From Octopus bimaculoides (taxonomy: Eukaryota): DNA of 64,000 nucleotides. Every line of letters starts with the position of its first letter. Position 1 is the stretch's first letter. Below the pieces are notes generated by a model that was not told the DNA's origin, searched no databases, and saw only the letters and a program-made list of their open reading frames with translations. The DNA is taken from NCBI RefSeq assembly GCF_001194135.2, contig NC_068984.1:103743477-103807476 (forward strand), written 5' to 3'. The position numbers were made by a program, and so were the translations under genes. Positions 39,184-49,630 of the stretch are shown in pieces.

Positions 39184-42100
39184 ATCATGCGATGTTTTCT
39201 GTTGAGGGCTTGAGATAAAGGTCCACAATAAGTGGGTTAGAGTTTATATTAATACCTGTGATATTAGTCGGTGTGGTTGATGAATACCACCTCTTGATCC
39301 CCTCCACTTTCTTATTGCCGTATAAATTAAGGGTAAAACAACTTTTTACATGTATGTGTGTGTCTTAGAAATAAAAGAAAATTTGTGATATCTCTTTGTT
39401 CATTCCTGCTACTGTTTCAATAATTCTTACATCCTAGCACTATTATGCAAAATGGAAATTATATCTTCAGGGAATAGTTTCTAGAGGCAAATATGAAGAT
39501 TACATTATAAATTTTATATAGAATGTAGTGAAGATGTATGGCTTAGTGGTTAGTGATTGTAAGGTCATCAGTTTGACAACCAGTGGCACAATGTGTCCTT
39601 GAGCAAGACACTTTATTTCCCATTGCTACAATCCACTCAGCTGGCAAAAATAAGTACTAGTAACATCTCAAAGGGCCAGCCTTGTCACATTCTGTGTCAT
39701 GCTTAATCTCCCAGAGAACTTGCCTGTGGAATGCTCAGCCACTTGAACATCAATTTCATGAGCAGACCGTTCTATTGATCAGATCAACTGGAACCCTCAT
39801 TGTCATAACCGATAGAATGCCAGTTTATATAGAAAGAAATAGGAACACAAGAAGGTTAATAGGTCAATGTAGGATATTTGACAAGAAGCTGTTGTGTCTA
39901 ACATATAACAGAAGGCTGTTAGATCAAAAAGAAAAGATACTAGAATAAATGTGTGATAGTAGTAGTCAAACAGGTAGGATATCATCTTTTAAATGAGTCA
40001 TGATACACACACATCCACAAGTACACAACACTTAGTGAATTAATTGCATTCAATGATGCACACATGTGCATATATATATATAATTTTCGATATTTATAAG
40101 CTGATATATATCGTGTGCATGAAAATACATCACCATCATTTAAAATTGGGCTTTCATGCTGGCATGAGTTGAATATATGCATAAGTTCACATAAATATAG
40201 CCAGGAGTATAGAAAAACTAGAGAATAAAAAAAGGTTATATAATAAAAACAAAAAAATAAATAAACTAGAAACAAAATTAAAATCTCAATTAGATTGTTT
40301 GCACATCATTTCTATCCTAAGATTGATGTATACTCTTAGCTTCCTTTGCAAAATTCAATGGAGATTTTTCTTGAAAATCGTCCCTGCTTGAAGTGAAACA
40401 ACATGCAAATTACAGAAACACACTCTATGGCAGACTTTCCCTCTTTCCTTTTTTGTTTATGAAGGAGAAACAAACAATACACTCTGTGTATGTGTGTCTA
40501 GAGATCTTTCAGTAAAATGATATCTCAAGATGCACACACAAATAATAATAAAACAATAAGGAACAGTTCACAGCCATTAATAATTTTCTAAGTCCCCTTC
40601 TCTTAACTTTTAATAAAAAATAAAACTGAAAATAAACAGAATTTTTTTTTTTTTTCATTTATTTTCTTAGATGCAATAAAGGCTACAAGAAATCTTTGTC
40701 AAAATGTGTTGACATTGATGAGTGCCAAGATCCCAAATGTTTTGGTAATGCCACTTGCTTAAACACAAATGGTTCTTTCAAATGCCAGTGTCCAAAATAC
40801 TGGACTGGTGAACTCTGTAACTTGGCCAATCCTTCCCCTGTTATTGGAAATAATACTCTTGCAACTGGCGCACTTGTTACAATTTTGGTCTGTATCTTCA
40901 TCATATTGAGTAAGTATATTTCAGTGTATTTCAAATTTATTTCTATTCCTCTCTTCACCACCCTCATTATAGAGTAAAGATGGTGAGAAATACAAAGAGC
41001 CGTACTAAATGCCTTGTGATATTTATTTGCATGTCAGTGTTAAATCATTATTCCATTTTATCTAAGCTTTATTAGCAAACTGGTCATTTAAAAAATTATG
41101 GTGTAAAAGAATTCTTTGTATGCACTAAACCCATGAACCTTAAAATTACTCTAGACTCAAAACTTTGAGGAATACCTGATCCCCATTTATTTCATTTGTC
41201 AGTCACACTCCTTTTTTATTAATGCAGAAGCTTCTAAGGAGTCACCCAACCTGCTAAATATAGCAGCCAGCTACCCTGAAAGAAGAAAGTGTCTTAACCT
41301 CTTTGTTGCAATATATTTCAGCAGGAATATGGTCTTTGCTTCCATCAATTTTCAAAATGGAGAACTTAATAAACTGTCATTATTAAGCTGTTGTTTGAAA
41401 CATAAATTAAATAAAATTATGATGAAAGGTTTTCATTTGGATAATTTTTGAACAGGAAGTTCGTATCATAGAACCAGATGCAGTTTCAAGCAAAAGAAGT
41501 TAAAAGAAAAAGAAAAACCTACTTTAGGATAATGTAGTTCATAGAATGGTATTCACCATCAATTTGGTGAATTAAAGTTTAGCTGGTGCTAAACAATAAG
41601 TAATATTGACTAAATCACCCCTAAAACGTTGTAAAGTTGAGTTCAGTTTTGAGGCTCTGCAAGACAGTTTGTCTGTTATGCTGCTATTTCTGCTCCCATC
41701 AAATTCATATAGATTGACTTCGCCAGTTAGTTTAAAGAATACAAACTCTTCTGTGTTGCTAAAACTATAGCAAAATCATTGTCTTTTAAGTGTTTTTGTT
41801 CAATGCTTGCAATTTCAAAATCATTTAATTTCAAATTTAATCTAATATTCTTTATATACAATTTATTTGTTCTATGATACATCATTTTTCTCATAATTTT
41901 GCTCAAATCGACACTTTCAGCTTATTAATTTCAAGTGTCTACTTTTAATATATTCTGAATTGACAATGAAACATGCACCAAAATTTTGTGACATCAAACT
42001 AGTGAGAAATATTTGTTACATCTTCTCTCTAGGAATTTTAAGCCCAAAATTAATTTTATAATTAAACTAAATATAGATTCTTATATACAACTCATATACT

Positions 42101-45100
42101 CTTATAAAGTAGGGTTTTTTTTTTTTTTTAATATAGCTTAGACTCAGAAAAAAATATCCAATGAAAATGAATGTTTCATGACAAACTGTAATTAATCCTC
42201 TTTCTATTTCCAGTCATTGTGTTGCTGGTTCTCTTATTTAAGCGGAACAAGAAAGCTGGAGACAAATTTGTGTTGGAGGTTGATTCTGATGATGACATCA
42301 GGGAAAATGTGATCAGTTATGATGAAGAAGGAGCGGGTAATTTTAAACATTCTGGTCACTTGTATTTGTTTTAATTTTAATTCAATTAATAAAGTTTAAT
42401 CTCTGGAAACTGAATCACTAAACTGTCTGACTAATCACTGCTAGTGGTACTGTACTGTATCTATGACCAAGTGACTTATCACTTTCAGAAAACTCAGTTT
42501 CACTTATTAGTAAATAGATACCATGAGTAGGTGTAATTCAGCATTTGTAGCAATCAGAGATCACTGACCTCTGGGACTGGCTAAGATAGTATTACTCACA
42601 CTCCACAGCCCTGTGTCTGTTACTACCAAACTAATTTATTCAATATAAATAAAGGGATTTCATTATCCCAATTTATTAGGTTGTTTTAAAATTACTTGTA
42701 TTAGGATTGATATTAAGTGGTATCAATGAAATTCTTTGTACATGTGGAACTACTATGGTGATTTATGACAGCTTCCTTGTTGGTTTCTTAAAAAATGAAA
42801 TCAGTATGATCAGTTTGATGAGGAAGTTATTTGAGTTCATTAGTATTACCATCCTATCTTGATAGATTTATAGCCATTTCAGAAACAACTTCGTGGTGTA
42901 CACACCTAGCGCAAAGATTAACCAGAAAACCAGTGAGACCAACTGTTATGTACTTACCAGTCTATATTTTATTGTATTTTCACTGCTTGTCTATGCTATT
43001 TGTGCTATTTTAGCATTCATCTGTAAGTTTTGAATCTACCGAGTAAATATCAATGAATGCAACACAACAAAAAACGAAAATTCTATTCTGATGTGCTTTG
43101 AAAGTATCAGAAAAGACTGACAAGGGAATATGTTTGCTTTCATATACAATTTTTCTCTGGTGTTTCATGTGACCATGAATAACACTGTGTAACATGATTT
43201 TTGCCCTTGGGTAGCAACTGTTATTTCCTATTTGCTTACCCCCAGAAAGTAATGAAAAAGGGTTAATATTTCCTTTGCTTTTGTTACATTTATTCAAACC
43301 CCAAAGAATCCCTCTCAACATATGGCTATGATGCTCATCATCAGAGATGCACATATTGTCAGCCATTAAGGGACATGCCCAAGTAGTTATAGTCAAGTAA
43401 CTGATGAGCAAATCTGTGGTACTGAGCAGAATATTTGCTTTAATGATATTTCTGCATCAGCAACTCAGCACTGAATCTGTCTGAAATGTAATGGAAAATG
43501 TCAGTTTCAAAACATTGATGTCCAGGTCACAAAAGCAAAGTTTGAAGGAAATAGTTATCATTTCTTTTGATTGCTAGATAGAAGTGACTAGGAAATAACC
43601 CTTACTGACCAAAGACAAAAAAATTTTAATTTTGTTACACAGTGTAATAGTCAGATAAGTTAATAAATATACCAGCCCACAAATTAAGTCAATTGTTCAT
43701 TTCTCGTTGGCACTATGCTGCATCCCTAGCAAAAATACTTAAGACTAGTTTACTTAATTGAGAATATTATATGAAATAGATCATCATTTTACTGTCCACA
43801 TTTTCATGCTTGCATGGGTCAGGTGAAGTTTGAGGTAGATTTTCTTTGATTGGATGCATACCCTTCTTGTTGCCAATCCTCATCTACTTACAAGCAAGAT
43901 AATATTTCCCATGGCTAGACATGTTTTCATAGAATACTGGAAATGAATAACTCTACTTGTATAACAGTGACACTCACAATATCAAGACAAGGAGACATAA
44001 ATATGCATTGCATGTGTATACATACAACAGGCTTCTTTCAGTTTCCATCTACCAAATCCAGTCACAAGGCTTTGGTCAGTCTGGGGCTATAGTAGAAGAC
44101 ACTTGCCCAAGATACCATACAATGGGACAGAACCCAAAACCATGGGGTCGGGAAGCAAACTTCTTAATCACAGTCATACCTTCACAATAAATAGTTGGGT
44201 GTGAAATGATTTTCATTAGCTGCACTGCTAAGTACAAATTCTCCCAGTTCCTGTCAAGCCGTCCAACCTATGCCAGCATGTTAAATGAACATTAAATGTT
44301 GATGATGATACAGTCACTAAATAAGTGGTTGAGATTTGCTATGAATCAATAAAGAAGTACAAAAATAGTTAAATAAATCAATAAAAAATCAAAAACCTGA
44401 ATAAATTTGCTCATTAGTTCATATATTCATGCTTCTTTTTTTTCTTTTTTTTTTTTAATATCAGGGGAAGAGGACCAGTTAGCTTATGATATTTCCCGAT
44501 TACGCAAAGCGGAACCGACATTGAAACCTGTCATTGATAAGCCTGTGCGCAGTAAGTTGGGTTTTTTTGTTTGTTTTTTGTTTTCTCTAATTTTTATTTA
44601 CCTTAAGTCAAATATTAACTGAAAAGTGTAAAACAAAATATATTTTCTTATTAAACTGGGAGTAGGGTGGTATATTGCAGCAGGGCTCCAGCATGAGAAA
44701 CATTTAAATTGAAATAAGTTCTACTTTGTTCTACAGTGAAACGTCAGATGCAGTTTTTATTTTGTTTTCTGTTTCTTGAATTATATGAGAACCACTTCAG
44801 AGCAAACACAAAAACTAACATCTATATTTGTCAATTTAACTAGTTTCTAACTGAAATAACAGCCTTTTTATCACGTTTAAAGGCAACAATTTCTTTCAAC
44901 TTCTTCAGTTCACATCTCCCTGGCCCAACATTCACAGACTTTCTGGCATTTCACCCTTTCATTATTTGCCCGTACACTACTGTGATCATTTTTTTCTGTC
45001 AACTGTTTTTGATATTACACACACAAATCCTTGAACTTTGTGTGCTACATTGACTAACATTGTTAAGGATGTTTAGTTTTTCAAATGTTTTACCTTAAAG

Positions 45101-45441
45101 CTATTACTAGTGTAATTTACACACACCTTTTCGAGATGTGTTACGTAAGCTTTACTAATTATTGCTATCATTTCTCTTCAGGTTATAATCCAGACGGGGA
45201 TCGACCTGAAGTCGGCAGTTACATTGATAATCTTATTAAGGAAGCAGACAATGATGATGTTGCACCGCCATATGACAGTGTCCGTGAGTTTGTGTACGAA
45301 GGGGCAGACAGTGATGTAGGCTCTCTCAGTTCACTAAATACAAGCTCTGGCAGTGAAGGAGATAATGATTACGATGCCTTGAATGAGTGGGGACCAAAGT
45401 TTGCTAAGCTGGCTGATATGTACGGTGGTGGAGGAGAATAA
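2068..45441 (+). CDS. CadN: Neural-cadherin-like (type III, DN-cadherin-like) classical cadherin, 5'-partial, 18 exons in window (~1250 aa)
   Basis: join(2068-2306,5593-5735,8039-8287,12115-12312,13992-14106,16791-16966,18995-19218,20153-20424,21561-21924,24697-24915,28227-28407,31118-31296,33098-33395,34700-34886,40671-40909,42214-42336,44465-44551,45182-45441). All introns are GT-AG and phases chain without frameshift (3753 nt). Motifs: LDYE/LDRE, DxNDN, LamG WHRV/WHTL, EGF cysteines, [21 protein letters not shown] and [14 protein letters not shown]. The symbol is by family resemblance; orthology was not tested. Confidence 0.93.
2660..3000 (+). mobile_element. SINE copy (same family), inverted to 3065-3490
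   Basis: gaaactgaaagaagcc...ggaagggcatccaaccatag. Confidence 0.6.
3065..3490 (-). mobile_element. tRNA-derived SINE with (TG)n middle and RTE-like tail
   Basis: Head ...GGTTCAGTC...GGCAAATGCC...; tail CCATGCAAACATGGAAAAGTGGACATTGAAATGATG resembles the RTE tail; related copies at 2660-3000(+), 14490-14870(+), 43785-44185(-). Confidence 0.7.
4140..4452 (+). mobile_element. tRNA-head / hammerhead / PLE-terminus composite element with inverted tRNA-like head
   Basis: 58-bp inverted arms 4163-4220 and 4245-4302 (2 mismatches). A box TGGCGTAGTGG and B box GAGTTCGATTCC, then (AAT)n, a linker, the hammerhead and a tail shared with 35593 and 53592. Confidence 0.75.
4372..4417 (+). pseudogene. Degenerate hammerhead copy (core mutated)
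   Basis: GACAC-ATGAAGA-A-GGCTG-gagggtatat-CAGCC-AAAA-CTTT-GTGTT; helices I and II intact, core substituted. Confidence 0.7.
4452..4690 (+). mobile_element. Penelope-like element RT C-terminal fragment (5'-truncated)
   Basis: ORF 4458-4652 contains [32 protein letters not shown]...GY, matching the recalled PLE post-RT motif HPxHxKxSIPYSQxLRxRRxCS...RGY. Confidence 0.7.
5593..5735 (+). CDS. CadN: Cadherin exon (FMIERK...[19 protein letters not shown])
   Basis: ctag|T acceptor; G|gtaat donor; LDRE motif. Confidence 0.92.
8039..8287 (+). CDS. CadN: Cadherin exon ([25 protein letters not shown]...)
   Basis: ttttgcag|GA acceptor; G|gtgagt donor; DVNDN motif. Confidence 0.93.
8976..10800 (+). mobile_element. 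RTE-clade LINE, degenerate RT and 3' end (5' part in gap)
   Basis: [55 protein letters not shown]; frameshifts and stops. Confidence 0.88.
10880..11228 (-). mobile_element. RTE LINE 3' fragment, inverted relative to the adjacent copy
   Basis: [21 protein letters not shown]...GRGRPRKT; [13 protein letters not shown]. Confidence 0.85.
11240..11510. repeat. Compound (TA)n/(TG)n/(CA)n microsatellite
   Basis: Seen directly; similar tracts at ~315, 4730, 8527, 38380, 38990-39180 and 49560. Confidence 0.9.
12115..12312 (+). CDS. CadN: Cadherin exon (SSLRIFDRE...[22 protein letters not shown])
   Basis: tttacag|AT acceptor; G|gtttgt donor; close to the recalled DN-cadherin motif GDVNDNK..PG.K.I.VYNY.G. 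Confidence 0.93.
12454..12873. repeat. Two diverged tandem copies (~250-bp period) of an interspersed repeat
   Basis: ...tttttatcatagaacc...gttcaatttcattataatcc occurs twice; related at 41370-41480 and 47090-47300. Confidence 0.6.
13138..13490. repeat. Unclassified interspersed repeat (3 copies)
   Basis: agaaagtatgaaaaatggctaatat...caaagaatcc...cagagatgcaca shared with 3930-4135 and 43235-43640. Confidence 0.65.
13992..14106 (+). CDS. CadN: Cadherin exon ([26 protein letters not shown]...), not in ORF track
   Basis: tttttag|GT acceptor; AA|gtaagt donor; PIGRV..DLDDWD motif of the last EC of type III cadherins. Confidence 0.9.
14255..15000. mobile_element. Cluster of three SINE pieces in alternating orientation
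   Basis: 14255-14478(-) tail, 14490-14870(+) full copy, 14895-15000(-) head. Confidence 0.6.
15075..16670 (+). mobile_element. SINE split by the mariner insertion (15075-15263 and 16448-16670)
   Basis: The two halves together match the uninterrupted copy at 35220-35590. Confidence 0.7.
15266..16445 (+). mobile_element. Mariner (DD34D) transposon, near full length, dead
   Basis: TIRs ttgggtcatcc(t/c)ataaataat at both ends flanked by TA (15264-65, 16446-47); [27 protein letters not shown]; stops and frameshifts. Confidence 0.9.
16791..16966 (+). CDS. CadN: Cadherin exon ([12 protein letters not shown]...[14 protein letters not shown])
   Basis: ttttttag|A acceptor; G|gtaaat donor; EAV..SGS.R motif entering the nonchordate domain. 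Confidence 0.9.
18995..19218 (+). CDS. CadN: Cadherin exon, nonchordate (NC/SEA-like) domain (NVDVFS...[12 protein letters not shown])
   Basis: ccacag|AT acceptor; AAG|gtacac donor; NVDVFS and VRYSAH.SP.Y motifs. Confidence 0.92.
19549..19734. mobile_element. piggyBac-like MITE (TTAA-CC.TTTAGCATT...AATGCTAAAGGG-TTAA family)
   Basis: TTAA at both ends with short TIRs; related copies at 17400-17612, 28449-28677, 36085-36243, 54988-55185 and a partial copy ending at 7819. Confidence 0.65.
20153..20424 (+). CDS. CadN: Cadherin exon (NC end, cysteine-rich region, EGF1 start CYNGGVC)
   Basis: taatag|ATT acceptor; AA|gtaaga donor. Confidence 0.92.
21561..21924 (+). CDS. CadN: Cadherin exon (EGF1 end [12 protein letters not shown], laminin-G 1)
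   Basis: tttcag|A acceptor; CAA|gtaagt donor; [15 protein letters not shown] and DGKWHRV LamG motifs. Confidence 0.93.
22250..23491 (-). mobile_element. Mariner relic, irritans/Himar-like
   Basis: [19 protein letters not shown]...[10 protein letters not shown]; one TIR (tacgagggtgggctgaaagg on -) at 23474-23493; other end not found. Confidence 0.75.
24697..24915 (+). CDS. CadN: Cadherin exon (LamG1 second half, PLQIGG...FLGCIKN)
   Basis: ttctag|GAG acceptor; CAG|gttagt donor. Confidence 0.92.
26417..27470 (-). mobile_element. RTE LINE 3' end with (GAT)n tail, spanning a gap
   Basis: [17 protein letters not shown]...RRLRWYGHV; (CAT)n on + at 26417-26440. Confidence 0.85.
28227..28407 (+). 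CDS. CadN: Cadherin exon (EGF2)
   Basis: ttgcag|ATT acceptor; A|gtatgt donor; [12 protein letters not shown]. Confidence 0.92.
28449..28677. mobile_element. piggyBac-like MITE copy
   Basis: ttaaccgtcttgcatt...aatgctaaagggttaa. Confidence 0.6.
31118..31296 (+). CDS. CadN: Cadherin exon (LamG2 start, ...[11 protein letters not shown]...), not in ORF track
   Basis: tttcag|AA acceptor; GAG|gtaaga donor; FRTR..NGLLF LamG motif. Confidence 0.9.
32630..32912 (-). mobile_element. SINE copy (second-family tail)
   Basis: Reverse complement of the 39530 family. Confidence 0.65.
33098..33395 (+). CDS. CadN: Cadherin exon (LamG2, [13 protein letters not shown]...)
   Basis: acacag|ATT acceptor; T|gtgagt donor. 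Confidence 0.92.
33838..34475 (-). mobile_element. RTE-family 3' end with internal duplication and ~42-bp repeats
   Basis: GTCGRGRP-like coding end at ~34440-34470; tail motif and (CAT)n at 33838. Confidence 0.7.
34700..34886 (+). CDS. CadN: Cadherin exon (LamG2 end CMDDIRY, EGF3)
   Basis: tttctag|CT acceptor; AT|gtaagt donor. Confidence 0.92.
35220..35590 (+). mobile_element. tRNA-derived SINE (same head, tail ...aatgactgaaacaa)
   Basis: caggtgtggctgtgtgataagaagcttgc...; followed directly by the hammerhead element. Confidence 0.7.
35593..35825 (-). mobile_element. tRNA-head / hammerhead / PLE-terminus element, single arm
   Basis: Reverse complement of the 4234-4452 arm, with intact hammerhead. 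Confidence 0.78.
35645..35690 (-). ncRNA. Minimal type-I hammerhead ribozyme motif (intact core)
   Basis: Minus strand reads GACAC-CTGATGA-A-GGCTG-gagggtatat-CAGCC-GAAA-CGTT-GTGTT. Helix I GACAC/GTGTT, helix II GGCTG/CAGCC, loopless palindromic helix III ACGT, predicted GUU cleavage site. Activity not demonstrated. Confidence 0.75.
36085..36243. mobile_element. piggyBac-like MITE copy
   Basis: ttaacccttcagcatt...aaagggttaa. Confidence 0.6.
38422..39320. mobile_element. Non-autonomous TIR element (~45-bp TIRs, TA-flanked)
   Basis: 38422-38467 (gccaataagaaaatggaggggatcaagaggtggcattcatcaac) is the reverse complement of 39276-39320 with few mismatches. Confidence 0.7.
39530..39820 (+). mobile_element. 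SINE copy (second-family tail)
   Basis: ccttgagcaagacacttt...gatcaactggaaccctc. Confidence 0.65.
40671..40909 (+). CDS. CadN: Cadherin exon (Ca-binding EGF CVDIDEC...TGELC and start of [16 protein letters not shown])
   Basis: ttcttag|A acceptor; A|gtaagt donor. Confidence 0.93.
42214..42336 (+). CDS. CadN: Cadherin exon (TM end, juxtamembrane [14 protein letters not shown]), not in ORF track
   Basis: ttccag|TC acceptor; G|gtaatt donor; p120-binding core. Confidence 0.93.
43785..44185 (-). mobile_element. SINE copy with RTE-like tail
   Basis: Homologous to 3065-3490. Confidence 0.65.
44465..44551 (+). CDS. CadN: Cadherin exon ([15 protein letters not shown]...)
   Basis: atcag|GG acceptor; A|gtaagt donor. 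Confidence 0.92.
45182..45441 (+). CDS. CadN: Cadherin last coding exon (beta-catenin-binding domain, stop TAA)
   Basis: cttcag|GT acceptor; [13 protein letters not shown]...SLSSL...[18 protein letters not shown]. Confidence 0.94.
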
Positions 45442-45608
45442 TTAATTTAGACTCAAAAGATGAAGTAGAAGTAAAATAGCTGCATTTATTTTTTTTTTAA
45501 GTAAGGAGGGGCAAAAATACTAAATTTTCTAATAAACTCAGGTTTGTTTGCTTCACCAATTGCATTTCATATCTTACAGAAAAAAATGTACCCAAGAAAT
45601 AAGAAAAG

Positions 45609-45639
<31 letters not shown>

Positions 45640-46108
45640 ACAAAATTTCCATCTTAAAGAAGAAAAAAATTGTCATTTAGTTAAGAGATTAATAGTGAGA
45701 AGCAAAAGGGTAGTTTTGAACCAGCTTCTTGATGTCCAGATTATTTTCTATGATTGATAATTGCTATATCTACTTCACAACTTGTAGCCACTGCCAATTT
45801 CAAATTCTTTTTTTTTTAGTCTTTTATTTATTTTCTTTTACTTAACACAAATTTTTTAATAAAAAAAGAAATAGTTGATTTCAATATTATAAATGTTAAT
45901 TTTATTATTATAAGTTCAATTTTTAGCCATATATGTACATATAGCAACCTTGAAAATTAAATGTATATATATATAAAGTTTAAGAATAGAATTAACCATT
46001 TAAAATGTACCTTAGGTTGTAAATGTAAAGTAAAAAAGAAAAATTACCTGTATTAGCCAATATTTTTTTAATTATATCTAGTATTATCAACAAAGGTTGA
46101 TAGTTCAC

Positions 46109-46198
46109 ATTTCTGCTAAATATTTCAAAGCTTCTTAACACTATAATTTTCAGATTTCTGCTAAATATTTCAATGCTTCTTAACACTCTAATTTTCAT
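46109..46198. repeat. 45-bp tandem duplication
   Basis: atttctgctaaatatttcaa.gcttcttaacact.taattttca, twice. Confidence 0.75.
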
Positions 46199-46419
46199 GT
46201 TTAACAAAAACAATTTTAGATTATAGTTTTGTCTTAATTTCAAATTTTAAAACTTCAATTTTGTCCAGTTCGTGATTATATTAGACAAACTAACAGTTTT
46301 CAAATATAGATTTAACTTGTTTTAGTAATATCTAGAATATTTTTCCAAGACTATACAATGTTATAGATCAGTTCTGTCAGAACTTTGCCATAGATCTGCT
46401 CAGATCTTCCCGGTTGGGG

Positions 46420-46592
46420 TGGTGTCAGAGGCTTGCCCTGCCTGGTTGTGACAGTGTCAGAGACCTGCCCAGTTGAGGCAGTGTCGGGTGCCTGCCAGTA
46501 GGGGAAATGTCGAGCACCTGCCTGGTTAGAACAGTGTTGGGTGCCTGCCTGGTCAGGGCAGTGTAGGGCGCTTGCCCAGTTGGAACATGTGA
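46420..46592. repeat. GC-rich 27-bp minisatellite, ~6 degenerate units
   Basis: Units start at 46452, 46479, 46505, 46532, 46559 and 46586 (CAGTGTYGGGTGCCTGCCYGGTYRGRR). Confidence 0.75.
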
Positions 46593-49555
46593 CTTTTATA
46601 TATCTGAGTCTCCTATAGTTTTGCCACTCGATCACTAAGTGCCATACACTCACATTGCACTGTGGTGAAGCAGCAGAAATAAAATGAAATAATAGTTTTT
46701 AAAAAATGGTTACAAAGTTTGGGATATATAATTGTAATTAATTCTCTGAAGTTCCATGAGCAAATTAAAAAAAAAAAAACATTCTATCTACTGTCTTTAT
46801 TGTGGCCAATATTTTGATATATAATTATTTAACTAATTCATTTGCTATAATAATAATAATAATAGATTTATCCCACCGCCAAATAGCAAATGAGTTCTCA
46901 GTTACAATAGCAAAACTAGAACACCTTAAGTAAATTACCTGAATGACTGAATTTAGTTAAATCTTTCAGTTAAATTACTTTTTTTTTCTTTTTTATTTAT
47001 GTCATGGGTGAAAAAAATATTCATCAGAAATCATATCATTGAGTAATTTAATTTCCATCATTTGTAAATGGATTAGTGCCATTGCCTCTTCTCACTCACT
47101 TTCAGTTAACATTAAACCTTTAGTTACCATATTTGTTGAAATAGATTGCCTTTGTTTCAATTGATTGTGAAAATATTGAAAAATTTTGTAAAATAACTTA
47201 AGCTGAAGCTTAGAACAGATTAACACGGAGTTTTGATGGAAAGGTTTAATTTAGCTCACTTTAAAATGGAGAATTTATATCATAGAACTAAGGACAGTAT
47301 AAAAAAGGCTAAATAAGTTTAACCAATTTTATTTTTAACTTAATTTTTATTTGCCTTTTCTCTTCTTAAATGGCTCTTTCATTTTGTAAAATTACTTATT
47401 TTAACGGAAATTGATAAATTTTACTTTCAAACTAAGCTTTTCAACACATTTCTTGAACATTTTCCTACAAAATGTGCAACTGTTTACAGCACAAGTTTAT
47501 TCTCCTCCACACCAGATAATTTAGAAAATTTATCTATTAATTCCAAACAAAAATCACATTGCCTTTGGAATCGTGGTTTATATTTCTTGCGAAAATCATC
47601 TGACCAATTCTCCGCCTTATATTTTATTTCTACCACTGCTATTTCATCATTACAATCTAAAGAAAGACAAAAAAAATGGTTGTGATCTCATATTTTGTAT
47701 GATACTTTTATTTTTGTTTTGTTTTTTTTTTTTTAATTCTCTTCTCCCATTGTTGTAAAACATTTCTACTGCCTCCCTCTTTCAATATGCATATTAATTT
47801 CTTTCTATACATAAAAACAAAGTATTTTTTATGGGTGAAGGTAAAAAAAATTTTTTAAACACCACCTGTAGCAATATTTTTTACACTGCTGTTCCAAAAT
47901 CTCTCTTACACACACATACACACACACACACACACTCACTCTTCTACAATAATTGCTGCTGTTTAAATCATTTACTGAAATGTTAATTAACATGTTATAT
48001 TTGTTTTTTATTGACGAAGGTGAGACAAATCAGCTCTAACAATATTCCTGTTGATATGTACTTGAATGGAAGTATTAATTAAATAGTTACAAAGTGTGTC
48101 TTAGTTGGTTAGAGTATAAATGGGGTTAGAATCCAAGCTGTGTCCTCTGCATGTTCCAATAATCAAATGTATGTATATAGATGTTTTATTTCAAATGAGG
48201 CATACATACTAGTGGAAAGTTCTGTTGAATCATATTTGCAAAGTGTATATTAAAACAGACTGGAAAATTTGGTATATTTTTCCATGTTACACGTGTTCCA
48301 TTGCAGTATAAGAAATACATTATGAATATTAATAATATATACATAAACACACACACATTTATGTATATGTATATAGACACATACACATGTATATACATGC
48401 ACACCCAAATTTATGACCAACTATAATTTATTTTCTAAATTTTATTTTGTAATATAATATAGGCATAAAAAAATTAATATATGAATATACATATGTTCAC
48501 ACATTGTACATATACATATGTACAAGTACAAAACACACACAAATATATACATACAGCTATAAATTCAAGCACACATGCACACTCACTTGCACAAGCTTAA
48601 TAAATATGTAAATACATAAATCTATACACATGTACTAGCTCTTAAACTAAGAAAGTATAGGACATCTTTACATAAATACACAAATTCAACCAGTTAAGTA
48701 GCAAGTCAAAATAGTAGAAAATAATGAAATATTAATGCACATGTTTTTATCTATTATTTTTTCTTTGGTTTATATTATTTGACTAAACCTTCTTACAAAG
48801 TTGAGGCAAAAACACTTTTTATAATATTTTATTATACTACCTGATTTTATTTCTTTATTGTATAAATTTAAATAGCTTCACATTTTTTTTTAAAATAATG
48901 AACTTAACTATTCAAATCAAGTGTTTAATAATAATAATGTGACAACAGTAATCTTGTATTTTAAATAATTAACAACCATAGAATCATCAATAATACTGTT
49001 CAATTATAGTAGTACTTAAATAATGAATCAATCTTAATGTGAAGCATATATTTATTTAATATAGTTTAGGTTTAAGGATATATTATGTGTATATGTATAA
49101 TAGTGTATGAATGTAAGGACCATGTGTATGCATATGAATTTATACACCAAGTGAAACTGTGCAGGCAGATTTTATTACTGAACATACTTTATCTGATTGT
49201 AAACATTAGCATTCAAATGCTTGTGTAAACTTCAAGGACACATGACATGCACACATACACATATGAAAATGTCCTTGTGTGTGTATGTTAAAAAATATAC
49301 CATATGTATACATATATTTTCATGTGATAGTCTGTCCATATTAATGACTACAACAAATACTAGTATTCAAATGTATGTGTGAAGAACACACCAAAAGCAA
49401 GCATACGGATGCATACTGTGAGTGCATTTATCTAAGGACATATCATTTAAGCACACATACCATATAAATGCATTTCTTTGTGTGCTTGATCAAAAATATA
49501 CGATTTGTATGAATATATTATTGTGTGACAGTCTGTATGCCCATATTAATGACTA

Positions 49556-49630
<75 letters not shown>

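Noticed and set aside
40700-40830. Extra Ca-binding EGF before the TM as a novel domain gain
   Set aside because: From memory, DN-cadherin-type proteins also have a D-x-N/D-E-C EGF here, so it is not unusual.
43401-43440. CTGATGA followed by a short stem as another hammerhead
   Set aside because: No GAAA after the stem and no helix I complement; the same applies to the minus-strand match at 57386-57392.
2068-45441. Mutually exclusive duplicated exons as in insect CadN
   Set aside because: No duplicate cadherin or TM exons were seen in the introns, although gaps could hide some.
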